Origin: an uncultured Candidatus Saccharibacteria bacterium
Lineage (GTDB): Bacteria; Patescibacteriota; Dojkabacteria; SC72
Length of the DNA stretch: 38,523 bases
Reading direction: 5' to 3'
Assembly (NCBI GenBank): GCA_964502535.1
Contig: CAZCWY010000001.1
Location: 1 to 38,523, forward strand
Part shown: positions 25,079-33,915 of the stretch, piece by piece
Numbering within the stretch: position 1 is the first letter of the stretch
Layout: each line of letters begins with the position of its first letter
Position numbers and translations under genes: made by a program
The notes under the pieces: generated by a model
Databases searched by the model: none
Seen by the model: only the letters and a program-made list of their open reading frames with translations
What the model was told of the DNA's origin: nothing

Positions 25079-27316
25079 CTATATTTGCTGACTCATCACT
25101 AATCCATCTGCGAGTTTAAGGTTTACTAACTCTTGCCATACAGACTCTGTAATAAAGGGAATAAATGGATGCATAATTATTAAGTTTCTCTTTAATATAT
25201 ATAGTAGCTCTGACAATTTCTTAATTCTTTTTTCAGATCCTACTTCTTCCTCTTTAATTTCCCCTTTTATTTCTTCTATCCAAATATCACATAACTGATG
25301 CCAGAAGAATTCTCTAATTGTCTCTGCTCCTAAGTTAAATTGGTATTTCTCAATATATTTAGAAACATTATTAATATGCTTCTCTGTCTCTTGAATTCTA
25401 TCTAACGAAGTGTCAATATCAAATTTAGAAACCTTTTCTATTTCGCTATCCTCTATATTCATCAAAATAAATCTACTAGCATTCCATATCTTATTTACAA
25501 AATTTCTATTACCTTTTATCTTTTCCTCCCTAAGTGGAGCACTTGAGCCAGGCAAAGCGTCAGAGTAATACCAAAGTCTTAAAGCATCAGCTCCATACCT
25601 ATCAAATACCTCTTGAGGTTCTATACCGTTACCCTTACTTTTAGACATTTTTGACCCATCTGAGGCAAGAATCATACCTGTAAGAAATACCGTATTAAAA
25701 GGGACTTGTCCTGTTCTATATATTCCGAGCATCAACATTCTTGCAGACCACCAAAAAAGAATATCTCTAGCATGTATCATCATTTGAGTAGGATAGTATT
25801 TCTTAAAATCTTCCCCATTCACACCTCCTAATGTTGAATATGGCCATTGACCAGAACTAAACCATGTATCAAACATATCTGTTTCAGCCTCCCAACCTTT
25901 TTCTTTTTCTGGGGCATCCTCACCTACAAATATTTCTCCATTACCATTTACTTTTGTATTAAATTCTTTTTCAAAATCTTTTACGGTTTTGCCTTTATTT
26001 TCATTTAACCAATCATACAATTTCTTCCCTCCACTATACCAAACAGGTATTCTCTGTCCCCACCATAACTGTCTGGATATGCACCAAGGTTGAATATTTT
26101 CAAAAAAATATTCTAAAGCCCTTTGTTGTCCTTGAGGGATTACCTTAGTCTCTCCGCCTTTAAGCGAATTTAGTGCCTTTTTTGCAAGATCTTTTACATC
26201 TAAATACCATTGATTAGAAATGATTGGTTCTACTGGAGTATTACACCTTTCGCAGACTGCAACCTCATGTTTAATATTTTGAATCTCTTCCAAAAGACCT
26301 AACTTGTCTAAATCTTCACATAACTGTTTAGAACAAGAGATTGTATCTAATCCTTTATATTTATCAGGAATATCTCCTGTCATTTTCCCATCTTCATCTA
26401 TTACATTTACAATTTCTAAGTTGTGTTTTTTACCTAAATCAAAATCTATTGGAGAGTGAGCAGGGGTAACCTTAACAGCGCCTGTACCCATTTCCATATC
26501 AACAGATTCATCTGAAATAACTGGAATCTCTTTGTTTTGAATAGGGAGAAGAACCTTTTTACCAACATATTTAACATATCTCTCATCTTTAGGATTTACT
26601 GCAACAGCAGTGTCTCCAAGCATTGTCTCTGGCCTAGTAGTAGCAACCATTATATATTCATCCTCACTACCTACAACAGGATATTTAATAAATGCAAAGA
26701 TACCTCTTCTCTCTTCGTGCTCAGTATCAATGTCTGCTAAAGCAGTTTTACAATGGGGACAAACGTTTACAATCCTTTTATCCCTATATACCAGGCCTTG
26801 TTTAAACATCATCTCAAAAGTCTCATACACAGTTTTAGTTAACCCTGGGTCTAATGTAAAAAGTTCTCTACTGTAATCAGCACTTAACCCGATATTTTTC
26901 TCCTGACTCCTTGCATTAGAAGCATTTGTCATAGAAAATTCATAGCATTGTTTGTAAAACTCCTCTCTTCCCATATCCCATTTACTCTTTCCCTGTTTCT
27001 CTAATTCCTTTGTAAAAGCCGTTTCTGTTTGTATCCCAGCGTGATCTTTCCCAGGGAGAAGAAGAGTAGGATGTCCTGTCATTCTCATATATCTTCCCAA
27101 AGCATCATGAAAAGAGTATCCGCACATATGTCCTAAGTGAAGGTTACCATTAGCATTAGGAGGAGGTAAGGTAATGGTAAAAGGTTTTTTTACTTCAATA
27201 TCCTTATCTTTTAAATATACCTCCATTGAATCAGGATTAAACAAACCTGACTTCTCCCAAAAAGAATATATCTCTTTCTCTTCCTGTTCATATGTTTTTG
27301 AAATGTTTCTTTCCAT
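25079..27316 (-). CDS. valS: valine--tRNA ligase (short form)
   Basis: PPPNANGNLHLGH (HIGH), KMSKSKGN, and CP1 editing domain motifs TTRPETMLGDTAVAVNP and GTGAVKVTPAHSPIDFD. Only 745 aa. Confidence 0.95.
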   Translation of the reverse strand: MERNISKTYEQEEKEIYSFWEKSGLFNPDSMEVYLKDKDIEVKKPFTITLPPPNANGNLHLGHMCGYSFHDALGRYMRMTGHPTLLLPGKDHAGIQTETAFTKELEKQGKSKWDMGREEFYKQCYEFSMTNASNARSQEKNIGLSADYSRELFTLDPGLTKTVYETFEMMFKQGLVYRDKRIVNVCPHCKTALADIDTEHEERRGIFAFIKYPVVGSEDEYIMVATTRPETMLGDTAVAVNPKDERYVKYVGKKVLLPIQNKEIPVISDESVDMEMGTGAVKVTPAHSPIDFDLGKKHNLEIVNVIDEDGKMTGDIPDKYKGLDTISCSKQLCEDLDKLGLLEEIQNIKHEVAVCERCNTPVEPIISNQWYLDVKDLAKKALNSLKGGETKVIPQGQQRALEYFFENIQPWCISRQLWWGQRIPVWYSGGKKLYDWLNENKGKTVKDFEKEFNTKVNGNGEIFVGEDAPEKEKGWEAETDMFDTWFSSGQWPYSTLGGVNGEDFKKYYPTQMMIHARDILFWWSARMLMLGIYRTGQVPFNTVFLTGMILASDGSKMSKSKGNGIEPQEVFDRYGADALRLWYYSDALPGSSAPLREEKIKGNRNFVNKIWNASRFILMNIEDSEIEKVSKFDIDTSLDRIQETEKHINNVSKYIEKYQFNLGAETIREFFWHQLCDIWIEEIKGEIKEEEVGSEKRIKKLSELLYILKRNLIIMHPFIPFITESVWQELVNLKLADGLVMSQQI

Positions 27317-27328
27317 TGTTCTGTTTGT

Positions 27329-27337
27329 ATTATATCA
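27329..27337 (-). promoter_or_regulatory. extended -10 element TGATATAAT for valS
   Basis: Minus strand reads TGATATAATacaaacagaacaATG (12-nt gap), no SD. Confidence 0.55.
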
Positions 27338-27383
27338 GTCCTTATATATTTTACATATCTTTCAAATATCTTTTAGTCTCATC

Positions 27384-27392
27384 TGATATAAT
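27384..27392 (+). promoter_or_regulatory. extended -10 element TGATATAAT for rnj
   Basis: TATAAT 27387-27392, ATG 27398 (5-nt gap). Confidence 0.6.
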
Positions 27393-27397
27393 TGGGT

Positions 27398-29095
27398 ATG
27401 GAAAATACAAATAAACAAATATTTAGAAATCAAAATCTAAAACTATGCACTCTATCAGGAACATCTGAAATTGGTAGAAACTGTAATTTTATAGAATTAG
27501 GAGATGAAATAATCATTGTGGACGCTGGATATTCCTTTCCAGGTCAAGAAATGTACGGTGTAGACTATTTAATACCTAACTTCAGATATTTAAAAAAGAA
27601 CAAGAAAAAAGTAAAGGCAATTCTAATTACTCATGGACACTTAGATCATACTGGTGCACTAAGATGGATGTTACCAGAGTTAGACTTTCCTCCTGTATAT
27701 GCAGGGGCCTTTGCAAAAGCCTTAATAGAGGCAAGATTAGAGGAGTATAATCTTAAAAACAAGACTAAAATATTTGGTGTAAATAGACATACCACTATTA
27801 ATTTAGGAAGTAACTTCAGAGCCACCTTTATTGGTATTAATCATAGTATTCCAGATGCATTTTCAATCTTTGTTGAAAGTAAACAGGGGAAGATTTTTTT
27901 CTCAGGTGATTATAAAATAGATACTCAGCCTACAAATGAGTTAGAGGCAGATTACGCTAAATTAAGATCTCTAAGGGGCAGAGTAGACATTGCTTTAATG
28001 GATAGTACTAATGCCTCTAAGACAGGAAAGTCTCCATCTGAAACAGAGGTGTTTCAGAATTTAGGGAATGTAATAGCAAAAACAGAAGGAAGAGTTTTAG
28101 TTGCTGCATTCTCTTCTCTACTTACAAGACTATATGCACTTTTTGAAATAGCAAAGAGAACGAATAGAAAGATTGTTATCTCTGGAAGAAGTTTAGACCA
28201 AACAATCTCAATTGCAAGTAAACAGGGATATATAAAAATACCACAAGGATTAGTAATTAAAGAAAGAGAGATGCCAAAATACAAAGATAATGAGATTTTA
28301 ATTCTTTCTACTGGTAGTCAAGGTGAGAGATTCGCTGCATTAAATAGAATCTCTTTGAATGAACATAAATACATTAAAATTAAAAAGGGAGATTTAGTAA
28401 TAATGTCCTCTTCTGAGATACCAGAAAATATAACTAGTATTGAAAGAATGACTGACAGACTAATTGGCCTAGGTGCTGATTTACTTAAAGATACGATAGA
28501 GACAAAGATACACTCCACAGGACATGGTAATCAAGAGGATATTAAGACAATGTATGAATTAATTGCTCCTAAAACAGTAATGCCTGTTCACGGACCTTTA
28601 ACATTTAGATATTTTAATAAAAAGAACTATATGTCATGGGGGATGAAAGATGAAGATGTCCTCCTTACAGATGATGGGCTAGTTTGGGTTTTTAATGGAA
28701 GAACTTGGAGTAAATCTAAACCTATTGAGGCAAAACCAATACTTATTGATGGTTTAGGGGTAGGAGATACAGGAGAAATTGTACTTAACGATAGGAAACA
28801 ACTATCTGAATACGGTATGTTTATCATAGTGCTAAATATAAGTATGAATACTCATAAGTTAATGGGTAGGCCACAGTTTGTCTCTCGTGGATTTATATAT
28901 ATGAAAAAATCTCAAGAGTTACTAAAAGAGATTCAAACCATTATTTATGATGTTCATAGAAGTTGGTTAAATGAATCTTCAAGTAGAAAAGATTATAAAT
29001 ATGATGAATTGAGGACTTTAATTGAAAAGTCTCTGGGTAAATATATCTATAAAAAGACAGAGAGAGAACCTATTATTCAAATCGTTATTGTATAG
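27398..29095 (+). CDS. rnj: ribonuclease J (metallo-beta-lactamase/beta-CASP)
   Basis: ILITHGHLDHTGAL (HxHxDH), beta-CASP motifs, about 560 aa. ATG 27398 is preferred over the TTG at 27392, which lies inside the -10 box. Confidence 0.9.
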   Translation: MENTNKQIFRNQNLKLCTLSGTSEIGRNCNFIELGDEIIIVDAGYSFPGQEMYGVDYLIPNFRYLKKNKKKVKAILITHGHLDHTGALRWMLPELDFPPVYAGAFAKALIEARLEEYNLKNKTKIFGVNRHTTINLGSNFRATFIGINHSIPDAFSIFVESKQGKIFFSGDYKIDTQPTNELEADYAKLRSLRGRVDIALMDSTNASKTGKSPSETEVFQNLGNVIAKTEGRVLVAAFSSLLTRLYALFEIAKRTNRKIVISGRSLDQTISIASKQGYIKIPQGLVIKEREMPKYKDNEILILSTGSQGERFAALNRISLNEHKYIKIKKGDLVIMSSSEIPENITSIERMTDRLIGLGADLLKDTIETKIHSTGHGNQEDIKTMYELIAPKTVMPVHGPLTFRYFNKKNYMSWGMKDEDVLLTDDGLVWVFNGRTWSKSKPIEAKPILIDGLGVGDTGEIVLNDRKQLSEYGMFIIVLNISMNTHKLMGRPQFVSRGFIYMKKSQELLKEIQTIIYDVHRSWLNESSSRKDYKYDELRTLIEKSLGKYIYKKTEREPIIQIVIV

Positions 29096-29109
29096 TCCTG
29101 AGGCTTTAG

Positions 29110-29118
29110 TGATATAAT
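29110..29118 (+). promoter_or_regulatory. extended -10 element TGATATAAT for ftsA-like operon
   Basis: TATAAT 29113-29118, ATG 29127 (8-nt gap), no SD. Confidence 0.6.
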
Positions 29119-29126
29119 TATTGAAT

Positions 29127-30383
29127 ATGATAAAACTGCCAATTAGAAAATCAAAAAGAGGGCCTCTTCTTGATGGAAAAACTCCGATAGTAGCTTTAGA
29201 TATTGGAACGGAAAGTGTTAAAAGTTTACTCTTTACAATGACTGAATATGGAGTAAATGTTAACAAGATATCCCGTATTCAACAACAACAGCACGCTATG
29301 AGGAGTGGGATAATTACAAATTTAGATACAGTATTAGAAAACTGTAAACTTTCAATTGGCCAGCTATTAAGCAATCTTAAACCTGAAGAATACCCTAAGA
29401 ATGTAATAATGGGTATCGCAGGAGAATATATTCAAGGAGTTTCAATTGTAGTTAACTATGAAAGAGAAGAACACTTTGAGAAAGAGGTTACAAAAAAAGA
29501 ACAAGATAAAATAATAAATGAAGTTAAATCTCAAATAGCTGTAAGTGGGAAAGAAGATCTAGGAATGAGAACTGGACTTAAGAATGAAGACATTGAGATC
29601 CTTCATATTACTCCAACAGGTATGGAAATAGGAGGAATGCCAGTAAACACTCTAATAGGATACAAAGGAAGAGATGTTAAATTGAATTTCTACGCATCAT
29701 TTGCTCCAAAAACATATACAGAAGCTTTAAGAAAAGTTGCAAGTTCTCTCAATTTTGGTGTGTTAGGAATTGTTTCCCAACCATTCGCAGTTGCTAGAGC
29801 ACATTCTGGAGGAAAGAATAGTAATTTCTCCGCTATATTTTTAGATGTGGGTGGTGGTACAACAGATGTAGCTATTGTAAAAAATGGTAATGTAGCCGAA
29901 ACTCAGATGTTTGCTTTTGGAGGGAGAGTCTTTACTAAGGAGTTAGCTAAATTGACTGATGCAGATTTTAGACATGCTGAGCAAAGGAAAATAAAGTACT
30001 CAAATAAAGAACTCCCTAAAGAGATAATGAGACAGGTACAAAAAACAATGTATTCAACTTCTACTCTTTGGATGAGAACTCTTAAAGTTGCACTTGAAAG
30101 CTGTGAGGATATAGGTCCATTACCAACTCAGATATTCTTGTGTGGAGGAGGATCTTTACTACCAGATATTAAACAATCTTTAATGGAATTTCCTTGGAAG
30201 AAATATTTACCAATTGCAGTTGTTCCTAAAATTGATTTGTTTACACCAAATCTCTTAAGTTCAATTACAGATAATAGTGGGGATTTAGCAAACTTGTATG
30301 ATATTACTCCTGCATCTTTGGCTAAATTCCTCTATGATATGGAGATGGACAAAAAAACTAAAGATATAAATTGGGAGGTATAA
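29127..30383 (+). CDS. ftsA: FtsA-like actin-family ATPase
   Basis: ALDIGTESVK (phosphate 1), SGIITNLD, an SHS2-like insert, FLDVGGGTTDVAIV (phosphate 2), FGGRVFTKELA, LCGGGSLLPDI (adenosine). ATG 29127 is preferred over TTG 29121. A PilM-type paralog cannot be excluded without profile searches. Confidence 0.75.
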   Translation: MIKLPIRKSKRGPLLDGKTPIVALDIGTESVKSLLFTMTEYGVNVNKISRIQQQQHAMRSGIITNLDTVLENCKLSIGQLLSNLKPEEYPKNVIMGIAGEYIQGVSIVVNYEREEHFEKEVTKKEQDKIINEVKSQIAVSGKEDLGMRTGLKNEDIEILHITPTGMEIGGMPVNTLIGYKGRDVKLNFYASFAPKTYTEALRKVASSLNFGVLGIVSQPFAVARAHSGGKNSNFSAIFLDVGGGTTDVAIVKNGNVAETQMFAFGGRVFTKELAKLTDADFRHAEQRKIKYSNKELPKEIMRQVQKTMYSTSTLWMRTLKVALESCEDIGPLPTQIFLCGGGSLLPDIKQSLMEFPWKKYLPIAVVPKIDLFTPNLLSSITDNSGDLANLYDITPASLAKFLYDMEMDKKTKDINWEV

Positions 30384-30385
30384 AT

Positions 30386-32248
30386 ATGGAAGACAAAGTA
30401 CTTACATCAAAAATAGTAATAGATAATACTCACGAGTTAACTGATTTAGTCCGTGAGATTCACAAAAATAAAGCAGAAAGATTAGTACTTACCTTTACAG
30501 AACATACAGATCTTCTAATTAGCCCTATTAATTTAAAGGTACTTAGTGAAGCAGCCCAAAGAGAGGGGAAATTACTAATTGCACAGATAATACAAAATCC
30601 TACCGGTATCCGTAATTCCAAATTAGCAGGAATTAAAACAATAGATACTCCATCTAATCCAACAGAGTATGAATGGGAGGAAGCTGCAGAGATAATTTTA
30701 GTTAAGAAGAGGGAAAAGTTAGAAAGAAAGAAGGTATTAGAAAGTGTAGTTATCGAAACTGATCAAAAAGAATCTTTTGAAGAGAAGGTCGAAGAAAACA
30801 TTAAGGCCGTTCCTACAGAAAAACCCTTGAAAGAGGATATATCTAAATCACATGATTATATAGACAAGAGAGGTATAAAAGCACCTTCTCCATTTATCTC
30901 TATCGACCAAGATATGCCAATTGCTACAAGGGAAGAAACTATTCCCGTTATTGCAGAAAAAAAAGGTAGTTTTTTAAATCTCAAAAAAGCTTTATCTTTT
31001 AAGAGTGTACTACCGGATAGAAAAATTATCACGAACTCAAATAAAAAGAAAATCTTAAGAATACTTCTGTATGTTTTCTTACCACTTATTTTTCTTTTAC
31101 TTTTGGGAGGGTTTCTTTTCAATGAGTTTGGAACATTTGTTAAAATTAAAATTTTTGTTGAATCTAAACCCGTAGCTATAGAGAGCGTATTAACTGGAGA
31201 TACAAGTATAAATAAAATAGACTTTGATACTTTGAAGGTTCCTATTAAATCGGAAGAAAAAAGTAAGAGCCTTTCAAATACTATTACAGCAACAGGGAAG
31301 GCAAGCAAAGGGGAAAAGGCTGAAGGTAAGGTAAATATTACATATTTTGTACCTTGTGTGGAAGACACTCCTGATATCACTTTACCTGTTGGACAGATTC
31401 TTACTAGCCCTGGAGGAAAAACATATTCCTTAAAAAGTAGTGTCTCTCTCGGGTGCGGGAGCTCAATGTTGGCTACGGACATCCCAATAATTGCTACAGA
31501 ATTTGGAAAAGAATACAATATATCGACCTTAAATCAAACATTTTCCGTTAAGGGCTATCCTAATACAGATGCAAAGAATGGTACCTCTACTATATCTGGA
31601 GGAACAACAGAAGAATATACAGTACTTGCACAAACAGATGTAGATAATGGAGTAGAGGCATTAAGTGGTACTGCTATTGAAGAGGTTAAAACCGAATTAA
31701 GAGACGTTACTGGGACGTGGGAAATTATAGAAGATTCCATACTTAGTACTGTAGATAAAGCTAGTATTAAAACAGACAAGAAGGTTGGAGAAACTGCAAC
31801 AGAGGTAAACCTTGATATCACAGTTAAGGGTACTGCAACTTACTTTAAAACAGATGGGTTAGTTGAGGGGTTAAAAGATCTTTTAAGAAAGAAGGCTGAA
31901 GATGAAAAATTGTTTGAGAGTGATAAAGATTTAGAATTAGAATTGAGTGAAGATATTACTAAAAGTGTTACAGTAGAAGAGGTAACAAAAGATTCTGTTA
32001 AGATAAAGATAGTTGCAAGTGCAAATATTAAACCTAAAATAAATAAGGATGAGCTATTAAAAGAGTTAGCAGGTTTGAGTTGGGATGAGGGAAAGAATTA
32101 TTTAAATGACCTAAACTATGCTCAAAAGAATCCTGAAGTTATTTTTAATCCTATGAACTATCCTCAATTTCTTAAAAAGTTCTCTAAACGAGAGGGTAGG
32201 GTATTAATAGAACTTAAAGAGATAGAAGTGGAATCAAAATCCGAGTAA
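30386..32248 (+). CDS. hypothetical 620-aa bitopic membrane protein (cytoplasmic N-domain, one TM, large extracytoplasmic domain)
   Basis: GGGAGG at 30373-30378 lies 7 nt before ATG 30386, and ftsA stops at 30383. TM at ILRILLYVFLPLIFLLLLGGFLF. The C-terminal region has beta-rich repeats (GKASKGEKAEGKVNITYF...LPVGQILTSPGGKTYSL) that faintly recall baseplate-J/gp47-like annotations; this is a very tentative recollection. Confidence 0.6.
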   Translation: MEDKVLTSKIVIDNTHELTDLVREIHKNKAERLVLTFTEHTDLLISPINLKVLSEAAQREGKLLIAQIIQNPTGIRNSKLAGIKTIDTPSNPTEYEWEEAAEIILVKKREKLERKKVLESVVIETDQKESFEEKVEENIKAVPTEKPLKEDISKSHDYIDKRGIKAPSPFISIDQDMPIATREETIPVIAEKKGSFLNLKKALSFKSVLPDRKIITNSNKKKILRILLYVFLPLIFLLLLGGFLFNEFGTFVKIKIFVESKPVAIESVLTGDTSINKIDFDTLKVPIKSEEKSKSLSNTITATGKASKGEKAEGKVNITYFVPCVEDTPDITLPVGQILTSPGGKTYSLKSSVSLGCGSSMLATDIPIIATEFGKEYNISTLNQTFSVKGYPNTDAKNGTSTISGGTTEEYTVLAQTDVDNGVEALSGTAIEEVKTELRDVTGTWEIIEDSILSTVDKASIKTDKKVGETATEVNLDITVKGTATYFKTDGLVEGLKDLLRKKAEDEKLFESDKDLELELSEDITKSVTVEEVTKDSVKIKIVASANIKPKINKDELLKELAGLSWDEGKNYLNDLNYAQKNPEVIFNPMNYPQFLKKFSKREGRVLIELKEIEVESKSE

Positions 32249-32271
32249 ACCTTTATTTTAATCAAAATTAC

Positions 32272-32280
32272 TGATAGAAT
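32272..32280 (+). promoter_or_regulatory. extended -10 element TGATAGAAT for the tRNA-Arg/tRNA-Ser pair
   Basis: Ends 11 nt before the mature tRNA-Arg 5' end (32292). This implies a 5' leader of only a few nt. Confidence 0.5.
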
Positions 32281-32291
32281 TGCATGTTTAT

Positions 32292-32368
32292 GTACCCGTA
32301 GCTCAATCGGATAGAGCAATTGCCTTCTAAGCAGTAGGTTGTCGGTTCGATTCCGGCCGGGTACGCCA
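32292..32368 (+). tRNA. tRNA-Arg (anticodon UCU), CCA encoded
   Basis: Hand-folded cloverleaf: acceptor GTACCCG/CGGGTAC, D arm GCTC-AATCGGATA-GAGC, anticodon arm ATTGC-CTTCTAA-GCAGT (U33, anticodon TCT), T arm GTCGG-TTCGATT-CCGGC, discriminator G, then CCA. Confidence 0.9.
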
Positions 32369-32374
32369 TTTTTA

Positions 32375-32461
32375 GGAGAGATGCCTGAGTGGCCGAAAGG
32401 ACACGCTTGGAAAGCGTGCGTATGAGAAATCGTACCGTGGGTTCGAATCCCACTCTCTCCG
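32375..32461 (+). tRNA. tRNA-Ser (anticodon GGA), no encoded CCA
   Basis: Acceptor GGAGAGA/TCTCTCC, anticodon arm CACGC-TTGGAAA-GCGTG (anticodon GGA), long variable arm GTATG-AGAAAT-CGTAC, T arm GTGGG-TTCGAAT-CCCAC, discriminator G followed by TAT. Confidence 0.9.
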
Positions 32462-32479
32462 TATCTATATCATTTGAAA

Positions 32480-33001
32480 TTATTCTTCGCTCTCTTCTTC
32501 TTTCTCTGAATTGATATCTGTGTCTTGTAAAATCTCTTTATCTGATACAGGGATAATCTTTACTCTTCTGTCCTCTCCCTCTCCAACACTTTCTGTCTTA
32601 ATATCATCAAATACTTGTAGTGTCACATGTACCATTCTTCTATCTGAAGGACTCATTGGAGAAAGTTCAATAGGTTCTCCTAATATTCTTGCATCATCTG
32701 CTTTCTGCAATGCAATCTGTTCAATCTTTTTATTTCTTTCCTCTTTATATCCACACACATCTAATACTACTCTGTAGTTACTACCCTCTTCTAACTTGTT
32801 CCTAAGCATCATACTTAATATATATTGTAAAGATTCAAGATGTTTTCCATGATTACCTATTAAATATCCTAAATTCTCTCCAGAAAAAGAAATCTTTATA
32901 TATGAAACACCCTCGTTCTCTTCGATATTAAAATCATATTCAGCATCAATATCTAACAATGCAAATAATGTATCTAACTCTTTTTGTACTATATCTTTCA
33001 T
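32480..33001 (-). CDS. jag: KH/R3H RNA-binding protein Jag (KhpB-like)
   Basis: KH-like core (LGYLIGNHGKHLESLQYI) and an R3H-type C-terminus (LSPMSPSDRRMVHVTLQ), in the canonical position downstream of yidC. Confidence 0.8.
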   Translation of the reverse strand: MKDIVQKELDTLFALLDIDAEYDFNIEENEGVSYIKISFSGENLGYLIGNHGKHLESLQYILSMMLRNKLEEGSNYRVVLDVCGYKEERNKKIEQIALQKADDARILGEPIELSPMSPSDRRMVHVTLQVFDDIKTESVGEGEDRRVKIIPVSDKEILQDTDINSEKEEESEE

Positions 33002-33018
33002 ATCATTATTTATTTAAA

Positions 33019-33906
33019 TTATTTCTTTTTTTGTAGAATATCTAAAAGGTTTTGAATTCCTTTTTTAGTTTTATCAAAATCTAAGGAAAGATACTGTACT
33101 ACCAAAAGAAGAGATTGTAACATCCAATACCAACCTAGTGCAGCAGGCATACTTATTGTAAAGAAAGCTGTCATAATGGGGAGAAGTAACATTGTTGATT
33201 TTTGCATCTTCTCTTGCACATCCTCTAAAGGTTCCTGTGAGTCTTTTTTCTTTACTACCTTTTTCTTTGGTGCAGAACCCTGTTGCATCTTTTGAGTAAA
33301 GATTGTTGTGAAGTACTGTGTAATACCAACTAGAACAGAAAGACCAATGTAAGGTAGTGCCTCTATTGAAAATTTCCCAAATTCTGCAGATACTACTTTA
33401 TAGCTAGTAGTTAACTCCCAGAACAAAAATTTAGTATTAATTGCTGTATCTTTTCCTATTTCTGTTAATTTAACAACCCAAGAATACAAACCGTCAAGGT
33501 CGCTATTTGTTACTGCTCTAATAACTCCAATGAGGGCTGAAAGTATTATTAACTGAGGGATAAATGTTCCAATACAACCGAGAGGATTATATCCTGTCTT
33601 TCTATATAGTTTTACCTGTTCTTGTGAAAGTTTTTCTTTGTTATCAGCATATTTCTTCTGTATTTTATCTAGCTCTGGTTTTAAAGAAGCCATCTTCTTT
33701 GTCATAATAGTCTGTTTCTTTACTAGAGGAATCATTATTATTCTTCCTATTACAGCTATTCCTACTATCGCTAAGCCCAAATTATTCCCAAAGAAATCAT
33801 AGAGAAGGATCATTAGGTTAAGCAAAGGGTTAAAGAAAATTGTGTTCCAGATTGTTGCTAACATATGTTTATATTGAAAATATTTAAAATCTAAAGCATT
33901 ATACAC
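33019..33906 (-). CDS. yidC: membrane protein insertase YidC (short, Oxa1-like form)
   Basis: Multi-TM with PLVKKQTIMTKKMASLKPELDKIQKKY, YRKTGYNPLGC and LPIMTAFFTISMPAALGWYW motifs. The track start is a GTG at 33906; ATG 33864 (MLATIWN...) is an alternative. Confidence 0.9.
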   Translation of the reverse strand: MYNALDFKYFQYKHMLATIWNTIFFNPLLNLMILLYDFFGNNLGLAIVGIAVIGRIIMIPLVKKQTIMTKKMASLKPELDKIQKKYADNKEKLSQEQVKLYRKTGYNPLGCIGTFIPQLIILSALIGVIRAVTNSDLDGLYSWVVKLTEIGKDTAINTKFLFWELTTSYKVVSAEFGKFSIEALPYIGLSVLVGITQYFTTIFTQKMQQGSAPKKKVVKKKDSQEPLEDVQEKMQKSTMLLLPIMTAFFTISMPAALGWYWMLQSLLLVVQYLSLDFDKTKKGIQNLLDILQKKK

Positions 33907-33915
33907 TAACTTTTA

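Noticed and set aside
30856-31518. 220-aa minus-strand ORF, plus the many 60-145-aa antisense ORFs in the track (e.g. 975..1322, 9066..9503, 13906..14289, 21237..21452, 26610..26876, 32511..32777)
   Set aside because: All are embedded antisense within strongly supported genes. They have Ser/Leu/Ile/Phe-rich junk-like composition and lack promoter or SD context. Long shadow ORFs are expected where the sense strand is rich in AAR/GAR codons.
32268-32453. 61-aa minus-strand ORF
   Set aside because: It exactly overlaps the two hand-folded tRNA genes (Arg-UCU, Ser-GGA) on the opposite strand, so it is an artefact.
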